A DNA stretch of 64,000 bases from Raillietiella orientalis (GCA_036172245.1 JAYWIR010000022.1:124001-188000); one strand, 5' to 3'. Positions 34,279 to 46,842 are shown, counted from the first letter of the stretch. Made by a program: numbers and translations. Notes: generated by a model not told the origin, from the letters alone.

Positions 34279-36520
34279 TTAATAAGGTCGAGAGCGCCGC
34301 GTTCCTGCAACAATTCTAGCTGGAGGCGTAATAGCAATGTCCAAGAAATCGCCAACACAGAACCGACACCCAACTAAAGATTTAGCATCATCATTTCCTT
34401 TCTGGCCGGAGCATGTTGTCCCAATATCTCGCATACGGTACCCTGGTCCACGAACATCAGGAAAAACAAGTGCGAAATCAAAATAAGTTCCTTTCCTCCT
34501 GGAATCCGGATTCACTTCTTTGATTAACCCTGTTAGCTCCTTTAATGTGGCATCCATCCTGAAAATCCATCTACTTTGCGTTCTGCTTCACATTCTTTAC
34601 TTACCATGTGTAAATCTGGAGCTCATTTGCAGGCACATTACCACGGGAATACTCACTCAATGTATGATGTCTGGTATTACTGCAGAATACACGCAGCAAA
34701 AGAGGGCATGTCTATAAAATTGCAGTAGAAATCACCAATCACCATCAAACACTTTGCAACACATAGCAGTCAAATGAACTGCACTTTATGAAACAAAACA
34801 AAATGCAAGAAAAACATACATAAGAAACTTTTTGTTTGCATTCACAAATACCAGAGTCAACATAGCATTTACTAGCTGAAACAGATTCAAAACTGAGTCC
34901 AGTTCAAATTCTGGAGTCTTCAACAATTACTAAAATAAAACCTGATTTTGTTCTAATCATGGAAACCCTTGGAGACTCCAGAAGTAGATTTCAAAAACCT
35001 GATGCATAAACAGATATCCAGAAAATTTACTACAATAAAACTTGATTTTGTTCCAAATTTTCAATTATCTTCTGTATATCTATGCATGCATCAGACTTAC
35101 AACGATGGAAAAACAGTGAACAAACATCAAAAATAGTAAAGATTTGGAAAAACAGTAAAGTTATTCTGATATCTGAATCATCATCATTACAAACAGCATT
35201 TATGATATTAAACAATCCCTTATCATGAATTTCACTTTATTAAGAAATCTCACAAGAAGAGAACCATTGCAAAGTCATTATACTGCAGGACACTAATAAT
35301 GAAGATCATTCATCATGGACTTAATAATTGCAATTCATTTATTTACAAGCTTACTTCACTATTTTTCTTGAATCTTGAATGTAAAAGTTAGCACAATGAA
35401 CTTACTAACTGTTTCTTTACTTACAGAGGGCATCAGATCCAAAACCACACCTGTTCCTAAAGCACTACATCAGTTCTGTGAAACAAAATCTTTATCTTAA
35501 AATCAAATAAGTTAACATCTCCATCTTCTGATCATGTTTAGAAAACATTCAAGCCATAGCAAAAAAAATTCAGATGTTGTCTTCAAAACCTTGTATGGAA
35601 AGGGGAAGCTATATTTTCCAATCCTTCAGATCTTCATATGAGTAAAAATATACAGCACCGAAAACCCATAAGGAAAAAAAACAACACTGCATAACGACTG
35701 AATCAACCCAGCACTTTTCTTAGTGCACTTTCAGGATGCATCATCAAATAACTTACTGGAACACCAAGTTCAACTTTTTACAGCAATGCGAATGCATTCT
35801 CTCGAGAAGCTTGTGATGCACAGATTGAGAAGCTCAAACATATGTATGGGCAACAGATGAAATTACGTTTCAAACATAATTTCATTCAAATTGATCAAAA
35901 TTTCTTAGGTACTCCCATCATTTTTCTGGTGTTCGGCAGTAAGGGTATAAAAACTCATATACATTTCACACATTCATTTTACTCGAAAATTTAACTTGAA
36001 GTTCCAGACGCTGCAACTGATTTTAAGCAGTTTTGTAACTTTGTACCAATTAAAAACAACGGTATTACAGAGTACAACAACTTGTAGGAAAAGATCACAA
36101 GTACCATAATACAATGCCAGACCTAAAACAGTGTGCGACAAGTTTCTATACACGGTGACTGGGGCAATAATGATGGGAAAGTCTCTGAAACGTTGGTGTG
36201 GTTAAACTGCATATCAAATTTTGTAAAATGTCCACACCCCAAATTATGAATATCTTGCACCTTATAACTAGGAAACGATGAGGGTGACGAGAGGGAATCA
36301 AGAAATCTGCGTATGCAGCTCCCGTGAATACAAACGAAATCCGATGTTCCTAATACATACGCAGACGTACGCAGATTCACAACAAATGAAGGAACAAAGT
36401 TTACATTTAACATTAACACTTGGTAATTCACACGAACACTATACTTACTTTTTCCCTATCCACAGGCTTTTCAGGTTCCGGTTTTTCCTCCACAATCATA
36501 GACTCCACAACTGCAGCCAT
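34279..36520 (-). CDS. SAP18: Histone deacetylase complex / ASAP complex subunit SAP18, 152 aa; exons 36449-36520, 34605-34711, 34279-34558
   Basis: MAAVVESMIVEEKPEPEKPVDREK|TCPLLLRVFC...ELQIYTW|MDATLKELTGLIKEVNPDSRRKGTYFDF...GDFLDIAITPP...RPY. GT-AG introns of 1737 and 46 nt. Confidence 0.96.
35425..35475 (-). other. Candidate 51-nt poison cassette exon in SAP18 intron 1
   Basis: gattttgtttcacAG|AAC TGA ... gccctct|GTAAGT; in-frame stop at codon 2. Confidence 0.4.
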
Positions 36521-38199
36521 GTTTAGTATTTCACAAAACTCACTCTTAGTGATTCCAAAGTGAGTCCGCTACCTACCGCGCTCCAAACCATCAACAAGGA
36601 TTACCTCTTGAAATTTTTTAAATGCATTTTTCTAGAAACATAAGTAAAATCCAATGTAGATGATGCATAAAGTGACGACTAATTAAAATTACAAGTATGA
36701 TAAGTAAAGTATAGGAAATTTAGTACACGTCTCAATGTGAAAAAAAACAAAGCTGACTCAATTTGTGCAATTATCTGTAAAAAATACTTTAAATTCATTT
36801 TTTACATTTATTGGAAATGCAGGTTTTTCGTTTTAGATAATTCAAATAATTTCCTCATTTATGCTCCAAAAAGCTCGTATTAAATAGTACTGGAGTCAAA
36901 ACGACTGACGAGACAAAGTGGTTAGTAACATGGAAGTTTGACGATGCTCGTGAAGTAAAATCAACAAAAGATTTTATTTGAAACTTTTCATTTGCTCTCT
37001 AATGTTTCCCTATCTTAAATGCGTAGATGCAACTTCAGCCAGCATCTACACATTTCAATTCTGTTTCTATGGATGCATAAACTTTCCAAGAAAAAGCAAA
37101 GACACGCATTTACAGCTGCATTTTAATGCATTGAGAAGACATCTGAATCATACAAACAAACTCCAAAAATTCATTCATAGCTGGATGATATTTTCCGTAA
37201 ATTATCGTGTAATTATTGAATCTCCATATTCTAATCAGTCATAATTTTGCAACTTCGGTTAAGATCACTTCTTTAGAATGCATTTTAATCTGTATCGTTT
37301 GTTGGTCAGGACTAGAATTTCGAGGACAGGAATTTGACATCAATTTGTTGCTTTGGTTTGTTCGAGTCTTCAGCTATCATATCCCAAGCAGTAACTGCTG
37401 CAAATTGAAAACCACAGAAATATCGAACTGACCCTGCAGAAACAAAGAGAAAATTAAGAGATACCATGCGCCCGTGCATTTGGAAAAGCTGCAGCTCATT
37501 GTTCATTAGTTCAAGGTAACCTTGGAACGACTGTCCTGATTTACATAGTAAAGACTAATAAAGCTGGTTTTCAACAGACGAACTTAGACGATCAATACTT
37601 TTAACTGCATATGCATGTTGATTTTCACTATCGATTACGACGGGCAGTATATGGGTCCAGGGTAATTTTGATAATGATCTTTAACAGTCATAAATGACGC
37701 ATATGAACTCCTTCAAGCAGATATGTAAAGTCGCGAATTTATTAGCTGAGAATGCGAATGAAGATGTAGCATAGAAAAGACTAATTATTTTTGAACAAGA
37801 ATCAGGCCATGCACCCGAACCGGTTTGCTATTTTGAAAGCAGGATTTCTAAGAAAGAAGCAAACTAACGTTTGAAAGATGTTACATTAGTATCTATGAAG
37901 TATCCAGGACATCTGCACTTGTACGTAATGTAGCATTACTGCAAGGAAAATCTGCATATGTGCATGTACTAATTTCTGCTACTATTTTCTACAAAGATAA
38001 AGAATGAAACTTGAAAAATACTATCTAGAAGTGCTGAAGATCTTCGCAGGTCACGTGAGGTGATCATGGACACTGTATATACTTCCTGTCTAATACATTG
38101 CCACCAGTCTCGTCATTAATGAAAGGAAGCAAAAAATAAAAGTCTTCTACGAGCAACCCAAAATCGTAAGCGACGATCAATATCACCATCAAATTGGAA

Positions 38200-38340
38200 C
38201 GTAAAGCTTCCAGGCAGCTAAGCGTGTTACTTGCAGTACAACTTGAAGTTTTGTAGCTAATGCGAATGTCACACAAAGGACAAATTTCAGTTCTACTCGT
38301 TTTCGTGAGCACGTGCTCAGACAACATTTTCTTTTATAGA
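38200..38340 (-). mobile_element. Possible decayed BED zinc finger (hAT-type transposase N-terminus)
   Basis: KRK, then after a frameshift LSEHVLTKTSRTEICPLCDIRISYKTSSCTASNTLSCL, resembling the BED pattern WxHF..CxxC...ISY...TSNLxxHL; the Trp and His ligands are lost. Confidence 0.3.
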
Positions 38341-39862
38341 GTTCAGAACTCGAAAACATTTCCGACACAAGTTGGGCTTTTTCCTTCTCTGTAAGAGACA
38401 CCATTTCCCTGGAACCTTACACAGTGCTCCCGGTAGCAGGAGGATGAGGTTTGACACCAGATACTGCTGCGAAGGGGTGGATTTTTGAAATCGTGGGTGG
38501 GAGGCTGAGAGAGAGAAATGGAACAGCAGGAAGTCGAGTAACAGCAGCAGCAGGCCAAGAAACCACTCTTTGAAGGGGCTGCATCCACATAGGAAACTCC
38601 ATAGGTCTTCTCTTCTACACAGACTTTCAAGAAGCGATTATTCAATAGCCCCGGTGGAATGATTCTTGGTGCATAACGGAGGATATATGGAGTAGCAGAG
38701 ATACGCTTAGCTTCAGCAGCGACTGGATAGAGCAGAACTCCATGTCGAGGACTTGTGTTGAGCGGACATTTGACAAGTGGCTGTACTGACACAGAGAGCT
38801 GACTAGCGGGAAGACGGAATTAATGAGGACATCCTCGAACCTTCCTGGAACAGAATGGCGGCCAGAGGGACAGATGCGGAGTTTTCCAAATAGTAGAGAA
38901 CAGATCGAGAGTAGTAGGAACCAAGATGGTCTTTTTATTCCTCCCTGGTATGCAGACCGCGATAGAGGTTGAAATTAAGAGTAAGTGACTTGAGCTCTCC
39001 TGACATCCTCAGTTTCCTTGATTGCATAAAAGTGGGAAACTCGTTAAGAAGAATACTACTGTGGCACTGTGGACACCGATGTCGATGATGCAGTTCTTTG
39101 ATGCAGGCAGGTGCCCATTTGCTTCAAAGCAAGTTCCTGAACTTGTTTGGAACCCTTGGATACTAACTGAGAAGAAGGAAGCAGCAGGATGGAGGCACCT
39201 CACCTGTAAGGAAGTATGCACAGGCAATCAGAATACAAATCCACGCACACAACAAGTAAGGGATGACGGCCATTGACAGTACTGCTGACATTTTTTTATG
39301 GAAGAAGACCAAGAAGAAGGAGGGACTGTTTCCTATGTCGAAGGAGTTCTCTAGCCACAATACTCACTGAGGACTCTCGTTGACGATGGAATAATAAAGG
39401 TTCAGGCTATTCCCTTCCAGAATCTTCCGCAAAAACGTATACTTCATGGTATGGTTTCCAGACGCCATCGTTGACCAAAAGAAAAGAGTGGGGATATCTT
39501 CAAGGGGATGTGCCAGCATGACTAGACATCTAGTCCCCCGCCGTTTCCTCGGGGCTGGTCGGGCTGGACAGATCCCTGATGCGCCTCTTCCAAAAGGAAG
39601 AGCGGCAGCCTCGAGCTCCCCTAGCGGCTTCAGGTCTCCTAGCTAGCTTTGCGCTTCTTCCTCATGCGAAGAGATGGCGCGCGCAGCCTTCCCATGCAAT
39701 CGGGTCATAGGAAAAGTGGCTTAAGCACCGTCGGGGCACTTTCTTCATCCACCGTTCCCAGCCGGCGGGACCCTCTTCGCACCTGCTGCCGTGTACTTGT
39801 CACGGGACAGTTCCGCGTGCTCGTGGGGGTGGCACTTGAGCGTAATCTAAATCCGACCGCTC

Positions 39863-40340
39863 ACGTGTGCATCCAGGCGTCTACAAGGAGGAAGCTCGCT
39901 GGTGTGCACAGAACACGTGTATATGTAAACGTTCGCAAGCTGGTGTGCAAGAGATGCCTGTACTCTGATTTGGATGCTCACTGGATATGTACTCATGAGT
40001 ACATGTGTGTGGATGGATGCGCACATGCATGTGGACAAAAAAAGATGTGTACGTTTCCAGTCTAACCATATAAACATACTGGATACATACATGTCTTACA
40101 TCTGGATACAACACATGAAGGTACACACGTGTGCATATATCCCATGTGTGCACATTTGCTTTCACGAAGACATCTCGTTTCTACGCTCACAAGTGTTCAC
40201 ATGACCGCGTACACCCACGCAGGTTTGCAGGTATGCGCGTGCGCTGACACGCATAAGTACATGTGACAGCGCAGATATTTTTTGTAGACATACATTGTAT
40301 ACGCGCATGCGCACGCCGGCACGTGCACAGTGAGCACGCA
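39863..40340. repeat. Low-complexity alternating purine-pyrimidine tract (TGTG/CACA/TACA/CATG)
   Basis: Dense cacgtgtgca, acatgt, gtacac and tgcaca micro-palindromes over ~480 nt. Confidence 0.7.
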
Positions 40341-43300
40341 CTTGTAATCACGTCGGAGCGCTACGCGAAGACAGAGCCACTGCAGGACAAACGCAGGATG
40401 GGTGTACTCCGAGAGTTCGCGGCGCGGCTCAAGCGGGCGACTTCTCGAAGGGATTTCTCTAACTCCTTCCTCTGAGCTTCCGACCCCTCCCATGACGGAC
40501 CGCGTTGATCCCTGCTCCCGCAGGATTTTGCGCTTCGCGACCGGCGGTCCAGATGCAGCCCTATCCCGGACACCCTCTTTCTCGTTCTTCCTCAAGCGAG
40601 GCAGGTGCCCATTTGCTTCCGGTGCCCTCGCTTTGGGCAGTGAGGCATGGCGGGCTGGAAAGGGTGCACGCCAGGACCGAAAGGGACGACTTCATGCAGT
40701 ACCCTGCGTCCAGTGTGTACGAAACTGGACACCCGGAGCTTCGAACCCGCTGTTTAAGTTCCGGGATTCCAACCGTCGACTCAGAGGGTCAACTCTGGGG
40801 TCAGAGATGGCGAGCCGGAGGCTGCGAGGCGTCTGGAGAGAAGTGGCTCGTGGAGGCTTCTATGCATAGGCACTGCGGCCTCCCTCCCCTACGCCGAGCG
40901 TCGGCACCTCCTCCGTGGTTACTGCGCCGACGTAGCAGGGGCGGCTTCCGCCTTCCTCCAAAGATGAATCTTTCGATCCCCACTAGTCTTTTGTGACCAC
41001 GCACGAGAGGAACGCGGAAACATTCCCCGCCCCCGTCCTTGGACTGAACTACCTCTGTTTGCTCTCGGGGATAGGGGGGCGCAAAGTGCTTCAGGGGCGG
41101 AACGCAGACGCACGTGCCCTCGTAGCTGCTACACGCAACCGGGTTCCGCATCCTCGGCTATCCCGAGTCCGGGGTACCGAGGATGAAGGATGAGGCTGTT
41201 CCTGGCGTCTCGCACAGACTTCGCGCGACGAAGGCGCGAGCGGTTCGCTGCCCGACCGCGAGGGAGCCCGCGGGCCAAGCCTGCCTCTTGCGTGGGGCGA
41301 GCAGCACTGGAAAAGCCTACGCTGCTCGCAGGATCCGCACGCCGGAGCGACCGGCCAGCTGCTTGACTCGGCGGCTCACCAACAATGAGTGCAGCTGCTC
41401 GAGTCGGCGAATCGCACCAACAATGAGAACCCGCTCCGATATTGTTAGGCTTTCTATTTTTAGTTGCTTGGTCCGTCCGGCTTGTCCCCTGCCGTTGCGG
41501 GTAGCGCTGTGCGCAACCAGCTGCGATCGCACGGGTGCAGAGCAAAGGGAGTGAACCCTCGTGAAACCATCCGGTGCTCTCCTACCGGAGCAGGGAGATA
41601 CCGGGAGAGGGAAAAATGTCAGTGCCCCGGGAAGAACAGCCGTCGTCATTGCGACGAGCTTACGCGTGTTTCAGGAAGGGGACGCGTCGTAACGGCAGAC
41701 GGGACGGGAGCTTCCTTTCTGGAAGGTGTTCTGAAGCAGAGAAGGCTTGGAGGCGCACAGTGGATGGAGGAGGGAGAGGGGAGGGAAGGAGGGAGGAGAA
41801 GAGGAAGTCTTTTCTTTTTCAGTAGGGAGAGCGAGTTCGAGGCGCTGTGGCTCCTCCAGGTCACTCGTTAGGAAGGCGGCGTACCGCACGAGACGGCGTG
41901 GCGACGGTTCATTGCCAAAGGTTCGGCCAGAGCGAGGCTACGGGAGTGCGACGGGTAGACGCTTGACGTGCCGCCAGTCTGCAGTCTCGGGATGGAGCGG
42001 TCTGCGTTTCGCAATTCTCGCGCCGCTCCGCTCAGGCGAGAGAGAGAGAGAGAGAGAAAGAAGGGGGGGGGACACGGATGCTAACGCATGGGCACAGCAG
42101 AGAACCCAACGCACAAGAAGATGCAAAGTGCGCTCACTCCGGAGCTCTATGGGATCCTTTTCTTCCTTGTGCAGAGTTTTCGCCCGCCAGGCCCGCGATC
42201 GGCTGCTGGCAGATCCCGACGCCTCTGGGGAGACCTCAAGGGATGACCTCGAAGTCGACCTCCTCCGGGAACACCAGACCGTCCCGTTCGTTAGGTCTTC
42301 TTTCACCCAAAGGAGTGTCCCTGCGCGTCAGAGACTCGGAGGAGTGCCTGGTAGAGACTGGGACGACCGGAATCCCGGGGGAAACCCGAGGATACCAGTC
42401 CTCCCTCTTGGCAGGGAACGGCCGGGACACGGGCGGACCAAATACTCCTGGCAGGGCGCGGACTCGGCTGGTTCCTCCTGCCTTCCCCGGAGCTCGTGAC
42501 AGTCAAACAATCGGCAAGGCAGCGGAGGTCACGGAGGTCACCCACCGACGGAAATCGCCACACCATCGGGCAGGAAAGCAGTAGGAACGCTCCACTCTGA
42601 GCGGCGCTCCCTGCAGGGAACTCGGGGGGAGGGGACAGAGAACTCACAGGTCGTCCACTGACCACATCCCACCTTCCCGTGCTCCTCGGCCGTCGCCTGG
42701 AAACGGGGAGGAGGAAGGCGAGGGCCCGCGAGGAAACAACCCTCAGGAACTACCGGCCCGCACTGTGGGGCGCAGCCCGGGAAGTTCCGTCGATGGCAAA
42801 GCGCCAGTTGGGCGATCTGACTGCTGCTCGACCTTGTGGGCCGGCTGCCTTCACTCCTCCCCTTGGGGGGCAGCTCCCTCTCAACATCCTCAGGAAGCCC
42901 CGGAGAGGTTCAGAGAAAGGAGAGAACTGCGGTGGGCGCACGAAGGACTCCGGGGCGGCTTTGAAGACGGGAGGAGGCCCCTGGCCATCAGAGGCCGCAC
43001 ACTAAGCGCGGGTCTGACCACGAAAGCAGGAAGGGGAGGGGAAGAACGGGTTGATCCTCACGGACCCTCCCTCTGCGCAAGGACGCGGGCCGCCAACTCT
43101 CCCGAGGGAACCCTTGCTTGAACCCTCCGTCCCGTCTCCGGGAAACCGCGCCTCCTCCCGGCCAGTCACGGCCTCAGAGCCCTCTCTCGACGCCTCAGCC
43201 CTCGGGCTTCTCCGCGGACACGCCAGGTGTCTCCTCGGCCCCTCCCGGATTCCTCTCCGAAGAGGCCGCGTCGAGCGCGCAGTTCCCCCTGGCGGGAGGG

Positions 43301-45521
43301 GAAGGGGGTGAGGCGTTCGCCGCAGCTGCGCCTCCTGGTGATGCCGAGGTCAAGGAGATCGGCAGGTGCGAGCAGGTGCATGCGCGGAGGGGGGGGGTCC
43401 CGGTCAGCCGGGGAAGACAAAGAAAGGGAAAAGATGGAGAGGCTGCACGGCTCGGACCGCCGCTTCAAGGGCAGAGCGATGAGGAGCAGCGGCGAGGCTG
43501 CGTGAGGAGGGGCCGTCTCTCTGGAAATGCTTGCTGGGGTCTCGCTTCGCCCCCCCATCCTTCCGGAGCGAGGACGACTCCGGCAAGCAAGGGAGCACGC
43601 CATCGGTGGTAGGGCACGCGCCCTCCCCTCCGTCCGCCCTCGGAGGCGCTACTCCCCGGAACGGCTCCTGTGGGATTTTCGCTCCTGTCCCCCGGCCCCT
43701 GCCCTCGCCGAGGGTCCACTCCGCCCGGCTGGCCCTTGCCTCCCCCTTTTCGCTTCTTTTCTTCTCAACCGGAAAGGCGGAGGGAGACGTTCGAGGCGGG
43801 GTTTCGAGCGAAGACTCCTCCTCGCGGTCCCTCCCGGAGTGTCCCGCGGGAATGCTGAGGAGGAGTTAGGGGGGACTCCCTTCGGCCCCGCCTCTCAGGT
43901 GCGCTTCGGGGAAAGAAGACAGAAGGTAGGGATCGGATGATTCCACTCCCCCCCACCTCGCGTCCCCTAGCCGCCAGCAGAGGATCCGCCCTCGCACGCC
44001 AGAAGTCGCGGTGCTGCCGTCCACTTCCGCTCTCGGCACACCACGGAAGGGAAGCTGGAAAAAGGACAGGAAAAAAAAGCTCCCTGCCGAGACATAGGAA
44101 ATGCGGAGAACCCTTCCGACAATGCTCCCCGAAGATTCGGACACCATGGAGACATAGGAGGTAGAGTTTCCCGAGGGAAGGAGAGATGCCTAGTCCGGAA
44201 GGTCCCGCCGCGTCAAAGGGAAGTTTCCTGAAGACGTCCCCAAGGAAGAGAGGGAGGTCAGCACAGCGCAAAGGTTCGCGCTGCCAGTCCATCGCCCCTC
44301 CCCTCCTCCTTCCACTTCTCATCATCGTAGGCGGGGATGCAGCCCCCTTGGTGGTCTCGCATCCCCTCGTAGCAACGCCGTACCGCCGAGCGGCGCCGTG
44401 GCGATTTTAGCCGAGGTCTCCAGTCACCACGGCGACATCTGGACGACATGCCATCGGGCAGACCACGAGGGAAGGCCCCGGTCGGCTCCTGTCGGCGGGA
44501 TCAGGGGGGGGACCTCCCGGAGCCTCTCTTGAGGGACGTTCTCAGAAGGGAAGACTCCAAGTGGCAGCCGGGAAGGGACTGCCTGCTGCGAAATACCCTC
44601 CTCGGGGCCCTCTCCCCCTTCAGACACGACAAGGGGTGAACTGGGGAGGAAGGGGACGAGGAACGAGCGGCTCCCGAGCCGCCCTGGGGAGATGGCGGTG
44701 CTCGAGTGGCTCCTCTCCTGTTTCTGCCGACAGAAGCAGACCGGGGCCTTCCCTTGCTACCCACCTGACGGCAGGTCGTCGTGACGTCGCCATGGCGACC
44801 GGTTGCCCGTTCGCGCCAGCCTCGCGGGAGGCGTCCCTCCCTCCCTTCCTCTCCGACTACCATCGCTTCTCTCCTCCCTCCGCGCGGCAAGCCTCGGATG
44901 GCACCCTGAAAGTTTCCTTGGAAACCGCCTCTGCAGCTGCAGCCTCCAATTCACCGGCTTCGGGAAGATCGTTTCCCCTCGGGGTCTCGGATGCTGCGTT
45001 CCTCGGGTGGCAGGTGTTCCGAGAGCCGCGTGCCTCTCTCGCTCTCTCGGGCGCCCGCCAGAGGCGCGGAGATCGGGTAGGGAAAGGGAGCTCCAGCCCC
45101 GAGGCAGACGTGTGGCCGGGGACCACGGTGGGAAAGCCGCTCTCCCCGGGTGTTGCTAGGCGGCCGGGGAGGGACGCTGCGCGACGCAGGGGGAGGCGCA
45201 GTCTGGAGTGGAGAGTGTGGGGGGATATCGGAGCGGCGACCGTGGCAACGGGCAGGCCCACCGACCGCCAGAGTTCGGCGCTCCAAGGGGACATCCTCCT
45301 CAGGATCTCCAGCCGAGCTGCATCCTCACCTGCCCGGGGCCGGGAGAGATGCCGGGCAGGCGACCGGTGGAGGAGCTGCAGCACTCCCGATCGCATCCCT
45401 CGCGGGACGCCTCTTTTCGGAGCCCCTCGGGGGAAAATTGGGGGTGGGGTGGAAGAGAGCAGGCAAAGTGCACTGGCGATCCCCCGCTGATGGAGCACAG
45501 GCGTGGTGGTCTCGCAGTTGC

Positions 45522-46842
45522 CTTTCCGCTTCTCTTTGCCTTTGTTCTCATCTGCGGCGGCGCGCTGTCCTTTTGATGGGAGTCTCACCGCATCCCCATA
45601 GGCATCGAGGGTGCCTGGACCACGTGCGGAAGGGAGAGGATGCCCTCGCCCAGACCAGGAGGGCGTGGAATTCCTGGGGGAGGCGTCGAGGCAGGCCGTC
45701 TGGCTTGGACACGCTCCGGAGGGTCAGCGAATGGGGGCGAAGGGTTAGAAGCGGTCCCCTTCTTCCAAGGTGGGCCCTCGAACCACCTCAACCAACCACA
45801 GTCGCCCTGGAGAAGCCCCGAACGCGCTCTCTCTCCCCTCCGGAGGAGGGAGGAAAGGATTCCCTGTGGGAAGCTTCCGGCGCCCTTCCCTTGTTGCGCC
45901 CTCGTCCCTTCGTGGAGCTCCGATGGGCGCGAGCGCGCCGTAGGCTGCTTCATTCGCCCCTCCCCTCCCCCATCCTCGGCTTCCACTGCGGAAAGGAGGG
46001 TGGTGCGCGCGCAGAGCGGAAGGCGCGTGGATCTCCAGCTAAGGAGAGGGAGAGAGGAGTTCCCTTCTCCGGGAGCGGAACCGACGAGGCCTCTGCCGGG
46101 TTCATATCCCGAGCAGGAGGCTGCGAGCGCGTCGCTCCGATCAGTCGAGAACGCCTGGCGGGCCGGGAGCTATGTGCTCGTGCGAGTCGTTGGTTACTCT
46201 GGAGGGTGCCGGGCTCTGGCGACCAGTTGAGGGGGAGGAAGGGGGAGAAGGCAAAAACAAATGGAAGGGGAGGGAAGGGGTGAGGGAGGAGGAGAAGACG
46301 AATCGGCGCGTTCGGCGAGCGCGGGAAGGTGAGCACGAACGAGTGGGGGTGGTGGGTGATGAAGGGTGGGGACCGATTCGCCGTAGCGGTAGCGACTGAG
46401 CGCCTTTTCATGTGCGAAGCAGGCGCCCCACGCGAGGCTCCAGGCAATGGAAAGTCTTGGCAACCGCGGAGTAAACGGGCAGGTGAGAGAGGCAGCGAAC
46501 TGGAGGATCGAACTCGCCGCACGTCGCATCGCTGATCCATTAATCACCGGGAATTAAAACGACGTGAAGTGCCGTGCACCGAGAGGGGGAGGGAAGGAGG
46601 AGCGGCGACTCCCACCCGTCCCGAGGCTATCGTGACGCGCGCCGCCGGAGGCGAGGATTCCTTTCTGGCCGTCCCGGACCCTCCGATACGTCAGTGCGCC
46701 TAAGCCTGCTTTCCGCTTCTCTTTTTGCCTTTGTTCTCATCTTCGGCCGCGCGTGGTCCTTCGGATGGGAGTCTCGCCGCATCCCTGCCAGCAGCGAGAG
46801 TGCCTGGACCGCGTGCGGAAGGGAGAAGATGCCCTAGCCCAG
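45522..46842 (+). repeat. Pair of ~133-bp direct repeats (45522-45653 and 46709-46842)
   Basis: Hand alignment: about 17 mismatches plus a 2-nt gap; shared cores tttgcctttgttctcatct, gatgggagtctc, gtgcctggacc, cgtgcggaagggaga. Confidence 0.9.

Noticed and set aside
40730..40755. Third SINE copy (gcgggttcgaagctccgg on the minus strand)
   Set aside because: No A box or D-arm and no body similarity
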